NCBI GenBank assembly: GCA_050260255.1
Contig: JBLNBW010000298.1
Span: forward strand, 1-57,190
Origin: Rhodospirillaceae bacterium
GTDB lineage: Bacteria > Pseudomonadota > Gammaproteobacteria > Burkholderiales > SG8-41
Direction: 5' to 3'
Length of the DNA stretch: 57,190 nucleotides
This document shows positions 54,227 through 57,190 of the stretch, piece by piece (the first letter of the stretch is position 1; every line of letters begins with the position of its first letter). A program made the position numbers and the translations under genes. The notes under the pieces are model-generated. The model did not search any database. It had not been told where the DNA came from and worked only from the letters and a program-made list of their open reading frames with translations.

Positions 54227-54670
54227 ATGGATGCACGCTGGAAACGACGGCTTGCCGGATCGCTCGCGGGCCTGATGTGGTACGCCATGACCGCGCATGC
54301 CCAGATGCCGGCGGAGTCGGTCGCCCGTCACCGGCTGCAACGGCAACAGGTCGAGGATGCGTTGCGTCTCGGAACGCAGCAGGCCCGCGTGCCACGGGGC
54401 GTGTTGTCGCCTTCGGACGCGCGTCGCCTCGATGAGCTGCAGCTCCGGCAACGTGTCGAACAGCAGCGGCTGGCCCACGAGCAGCTCATGCTGCAGCAGC
54501 AACGCGCGCGCGATCCGCACGCGCTGGGTCTGGACACGCAGCAGCGGCTGCTCGACCAGGAGCGGCAGCTGCAATTGCAGCGTTTTGCGCTCGAGCAGGA
54601 GCAGCTCCTGCGCACAGCGAGGCCGCGCCCGCTGCAGCGCCCGGTCCCCGACGGCGCGCTGCATCCTTGA
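54227..54670 (+). CDS. hypothetical exported Gln/Arg/Leu-rich coiled-coil-like protein
   Basis: Internal ATG. The N-terminus MDARWKRRLAGSLAGLMWYAMTAHAQ is signal-like. Low-complexity QQRL/LQLQ periodic sequence follows. Confidence 0.35.
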   Translation: MDARWKRRLAGSLAGLMWYAMTAHAQMPAESVARHRLQRQQVEDALRLGTQQARVPRGVLSPSDARRLDELQLRQRVEQQRLAHEQLMLQQQRARDPHALGLDTQQRLLDQERQLQLQRFALEQEQLLRTARPRPLQRPVPDGALHP

Positions 54671-54762
54671 CATTCTCCGTGCTCGGCCGCCCATGCGCCG
54701 ACGCGCAACGGCGGCCGCCGGCTCTGTTGTAGAATCGCCGTTCACACCGAGGAGGAGCTCGC

Positions 54763-55647
54763 ATGCAAGTCACCGCAGAACAAGTCGGTTCCGCCAGCAC
54801 CGTCCGCGTCGTCCCGCTTTCGGCACATATAGGCGCCGAGATCGCGGGCGTCGATCTGGCGCACCTCACCGACGCGCAGTTCAAGATCATCTACGACGCC
54901 TGGATGGACCATCTCGTCCTGCGTTTCCGCGGCCAGAATCTCACCAAGGAAGACCTGCTCGCGTTCAGCCGCCGCTTCGGCGAGTTCGACAAAGCGCCGA
55001 TCAACGTCAAGGGCGAGCCGTGGATAGCCGGCTATCCCCATCTCGCCGTGATGTCCAACATCGTGGAAAACGGCCAGCTGCTCGGCAGCCTTGGCTACGG
55101 CGAAGCGGTGTGGCACACCGACATGTCGTACAACGACGTCACGCCCTCGGCCGCGCTGCTGTACGCCCTCGAAGTGACGAAAACCGGCGGCGAAACCGGT
55201 TTCCTCAGCATGTACCACGCGTACGAGACGCTGCCCGACGATCTCAAGTCGGCCATCGAAGGCCGGCAGATCAAGCATGACGCCAGCCGCAACAGCGCCG
55301 GCGAGCTGCGGAAAGGCTACAGGGACGTCACCGACCCGCGGGAAGCGCCCGGAGCGGTGCACCCGATCGTCGTGCGCCACCCCGTCACACAACGTCGCGC
55401 ACTGTTTCTTGGGCGCCGGCCGCTCTCCTACATCATGGGCATGCCGCTCGAGGAGAGCGAAGCGCTGCTCGATCGACTCTGGGCGCACGCAACGCGCGAG
55501 GAGTTCGCGTGGTTCCAGAAATGGAGCGTCGGCGATTTGATGATGTGGGACAACCGCTGCGCGATGCACAAGCGCACCGCATTCGATCCGAACGAGCGTC
55601 GCTACATGCTGCGAACGCAAGTCAAAGGCGTGCGTCCCGTCGCCTGA
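54763..55647 (+). CDS. TauD/TfdA-family Fe(II)/2-oxoglutarate dioxygenase
   Basis: GAGGAGGAG lies upstream. HIGAEIAGVDL...VWHTDMSY (HxD)...GGETGF...MWDNRCAMHKR are present. Confidence 0.9.
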   Translation: MQVTAEQVGSASTVRVVPLSAHIGAEIAGVDLAHLTDAQFKIIYDAWMDHLVLRFRGQNLTKEDLLAFSRRFGEFDKAPINVKGEPWIAGYPHLAVMSNIVENGQLLGSLGYGEAVWHTDMSYNDVTPSAALLYALEVTKTGGETGFLSMYHAYETLPDDLKSAIEGRQIKHDASRNSAGELRKGYRDVTDPREAPGAVHPIVVRHPVTQRRALFLGRRPLSYIMGMPLEESEALLDRLWAHATREEFAWFQKWSVGDLMMWDNRCAMHKRTAFDPNERRYMLRTQVKGVRPVA

Positions 55648-55686
55648 TCGTCCCGCCGTGGCAGGCGCTCCTGTGCGCCTGCCTGC

Positions 55687-57015
55687 TCACGGCTGCAGGT
55701 ATCTTTCCTCTTCGGCGGTCATGTGCCCCGCTCGGCGCGTATCGGGCATCAGGATCGCGGCAACGAGCGAGACGGACGCAAACACGGTCACGTACCAGAA
55801 GAAGCTCGACTCCTCGCCTATCGACTTGAACCACAACGCGACGTACTCCGCCGTTCCGCCGAACGCGGCGTTCGCGAGCGCGTACGACAACCCGACTCCG
55901 AGCGCGCGCACGTGCATCGGAAAAAGCTCGGCCTTCACCACACCGCTCACCGACGTATAAAAGCTCGCCCCGGCGAGCGCGAGCAGTATGAGCCCGAAGG
56001 CCGAATACGGACTCCTGACGTTGGCGAGATTGCTGAGTATGGGCACGGTAGCGAGCGTCATGAAGCTGCCGAAGCACAGCATCGAATTGCGGCGCCCGAT
56101 GCGATCGGACAGCGCGCCGAACGCGGGCTGCATCAGCATGAAGCAGCACAGCGCCGCCGTCATCACGTTGCTCGCCATGGAAGCGCTCATGCCCGCCGTG
56201 TTCACCAGGTACTTCTGCATGTAAGTCGTGTAGGTATAGAACGTAAGCGACCCGCCTGCGGTGAATCCAAGCACGGTGAAGAAGGAGCGCGGATAGCGGA
56301 ACACGCCGCGTATCGTCCCCGCTTCGTGATGTTGCCGCGCGCTCGCCGACGTGGTCTCGGCGAGCGTGCGCCGCAGATAGAAAGCGATGACTGCGGCAAT
56401 CGCGCCGATGAAGAACGGGATGCGCCAGCCCCACGCATGAATCTCCGCGTCGGAGAGCACGTGCTGCAGGACGACGATCACCAGCACGGCGAGCAGCTGG
56501 CCGCCGATGAGCGTCACGTACTGGAAAGATGAAAAGAAGCCGCGATTTCTGTGTGTGGCCACTTCGCTCATGTAGGTTGCGCTCGTCCCGTACTCGCCGC
56601 CGACAGACAGGCCTTGCACCAGACGCGCCACGAGCAGCAGCGCCGGTGCGGCGAGCCCGACGCTCTCGTACGTCGGCAGCACGGACACCATGAGCGATCC
56701 CGCGCACATCATGATGACGGCCACCATCATCGAGAAGCGGCGTCCCTTTTTGTCGGCGAGATAGCCGAACAGCCAGCTCCCGATCGGGCGCATCAGAAAA
56801 CCGGCCGCGAACACGCCGGCTGCGTTCAGCAGCTGCGTGGTCTGGTTGCCTGCCGGAAAGAACTGCGACGCGAAATAAAGCGCCGTGAATGCGTAGACAT
56901 AGAAGTCGAACCACTCGACGAGGTTCCCGGAGGAGCCGGCGACGATGGCGCGTATGCGGCGAGCGGTGTCCGACGGATGGGACGCCGATACGGCAGGTGC
57001 ATGAGCAGAGGCCAT
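55687..57015 (-). CDS. MFS transporter, metabolite:H+ symporter (KgtP/ProP-like) family
   Basis: Start at [21 protein letters not shown]...[15 protein letters not shown]...[12 protein letters not shown] are hallmark MHS blocks. Confidence 0.9.
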   Translation of the reverse strand: MASAHAPAVSASHPSDTARRIRAIVAGSSGNLVEWFDFYVYAFTALYFASQFFPAGNQTTQLLNAAGVFAAGFLMRPIGSWLFGYLADKKGRRFSMMVAVIMMCAGSLMVSVLPTYESVGLAAPALLLVARLVQGLSVGGEYGTSATYMSEVATHRNRGFFSSFQYVTLIGGQLLAVLVIVVLQHVLSDAEIHAWGWRIPFFIGAIAAVIAFYLRRTLAETTSASARQHHEAGTIRGVFRYPRSFFTVLGFTAGGSLTFYTYTTYMQKYLVNTAGMSASMASNVMTAALCCFMLMQPAFGALSDRIGRRNSMLCFGSFMTLATVPILSNLANVRSPYSAFGLILLALAGASFYTSVSGVVKAELFPMHVRALGVGLSYALANAAFGGTAEYVALWFKSIGEESSFFWYVTVFASVSLVAAILMPDTRRAGHMTAEEERYLQP

Positions 57016-57066
57016 GCACCCTGGCTGCAAGTTCGGGACCCGGAAAAGCGTGCGGTGCGCGCGAAG

Positions 57067-57190
57067 TCAGGAGAACTTGAAGTACGCCAGCACGGTGGCG
57101 AGGATGAGCGCCACCGATACGGCGAGCCAACCCAGCCAGTCGGGAATGATGCGATCTCTTCTTTGGCGGTCTGCCACGCGTTCGCTCCGG
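57067..57190 (-). CDS. 3' end of an unidentified gene (partial) encoding a C-terminal TM segment
   Basis: Reverse complement reads ...ADRQRRDRIIPDWLGWLAVSVALILATVLAYFKFS-stop. It runs off the window. Confidence 0.3.
   Translation of the reverse strand, partial: RSERVADRQRRDRIIPDWLGWLAVSVALILATVLAYFKFS

Noticed and set aside
55622-57130. 502-aa minus-strand ORF overlapping the MFS gene in another frame.
   Set aside because: It is Arg-rich junk. The frame 55687..57015 gives the canonical MHS-family transporter.
1-57190. Searched by eye for CRISPR-like spaced repeats, tRNA/rRNA genes, transposase/integrase genes, phage genes and toxin-antitoxin or defence-system gene pairs.
   Set aside because: None was recognised. 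The only repeat found is the 192-bp-offset duplication in the Bug gene. A tRNAscan, Infernal or ISfinder run would be needed to exclude small elements.

Overview
GC-rich, densely coding proteobacterial chromosomal segment of about 55 genes. It looks Burkholderiales-like, judged only from three Bug/TctC-type periplasmic receptors and general codon style. I saw no rRNA, tRNA, CRISPR array, transposase or integrase by eye.

Gene content, left to right:
- glpK (partial), yceH-like, a lipoprotein and a YkgJ-like Cys-cluster protein.
- A signalling island: REC-PAS-GAF-GGDEF-EAL protein, CheY-like regulator, CHASE3 kinase, AraC regulator, two hybrid kinases and an OmpR-type regulator.
- An operon of a diiron-oxygenase-like protein, a small membrane ORF, a cytochrome c and TPP-dependent E1 alpha/beta, with no E2/E3.
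- A persulfide dioxygenase-rhodanese fusion and a CocE/NonD hydrolase.
- Two glycine-zipper stress-like membrane proteins.
- A CoxMNOP-like heme-copper oxidase operon, followed by a 1.5 kb gene-poor stretch.
- Bug receptors next to enzymes (PrpD-like, bicupin), a SulP-STAS-cNMP transporter, cysteine synthase, DoxX, CBS, an exported methyltransferase, a sulfatase and an FKBP.
- A P2-type ATPase fused to a USP domain, a LysR regulator, a B3 metallo-beta-lactamase-like protein, an alpha/beta hydrolase, TauD and an MFS transporter.

Most notable non-obvious signals:
1. A yybP-ykoY (Mn2+) riboswitch-like aptamer with a terminator/antiterminator relay lies in the leader of the LysR gene. That gene is divergent from the ATPase.
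2. A DsbA/FrnE-like gene is split in the ORF track by an in-frame TGA exactly at the first Cys of its CxxC motif, followed by a hairpin. This is a selenocysteine candidate.
3. The 5' end of one Bug gene carries a 192-bp in-frame duplication.
4. The E1 alpha/beta plus cytochrome c plus diiron operon lacks E2/E3.

All calls come from manual reading and remembered family signatures. No database or covariance-model search was run.
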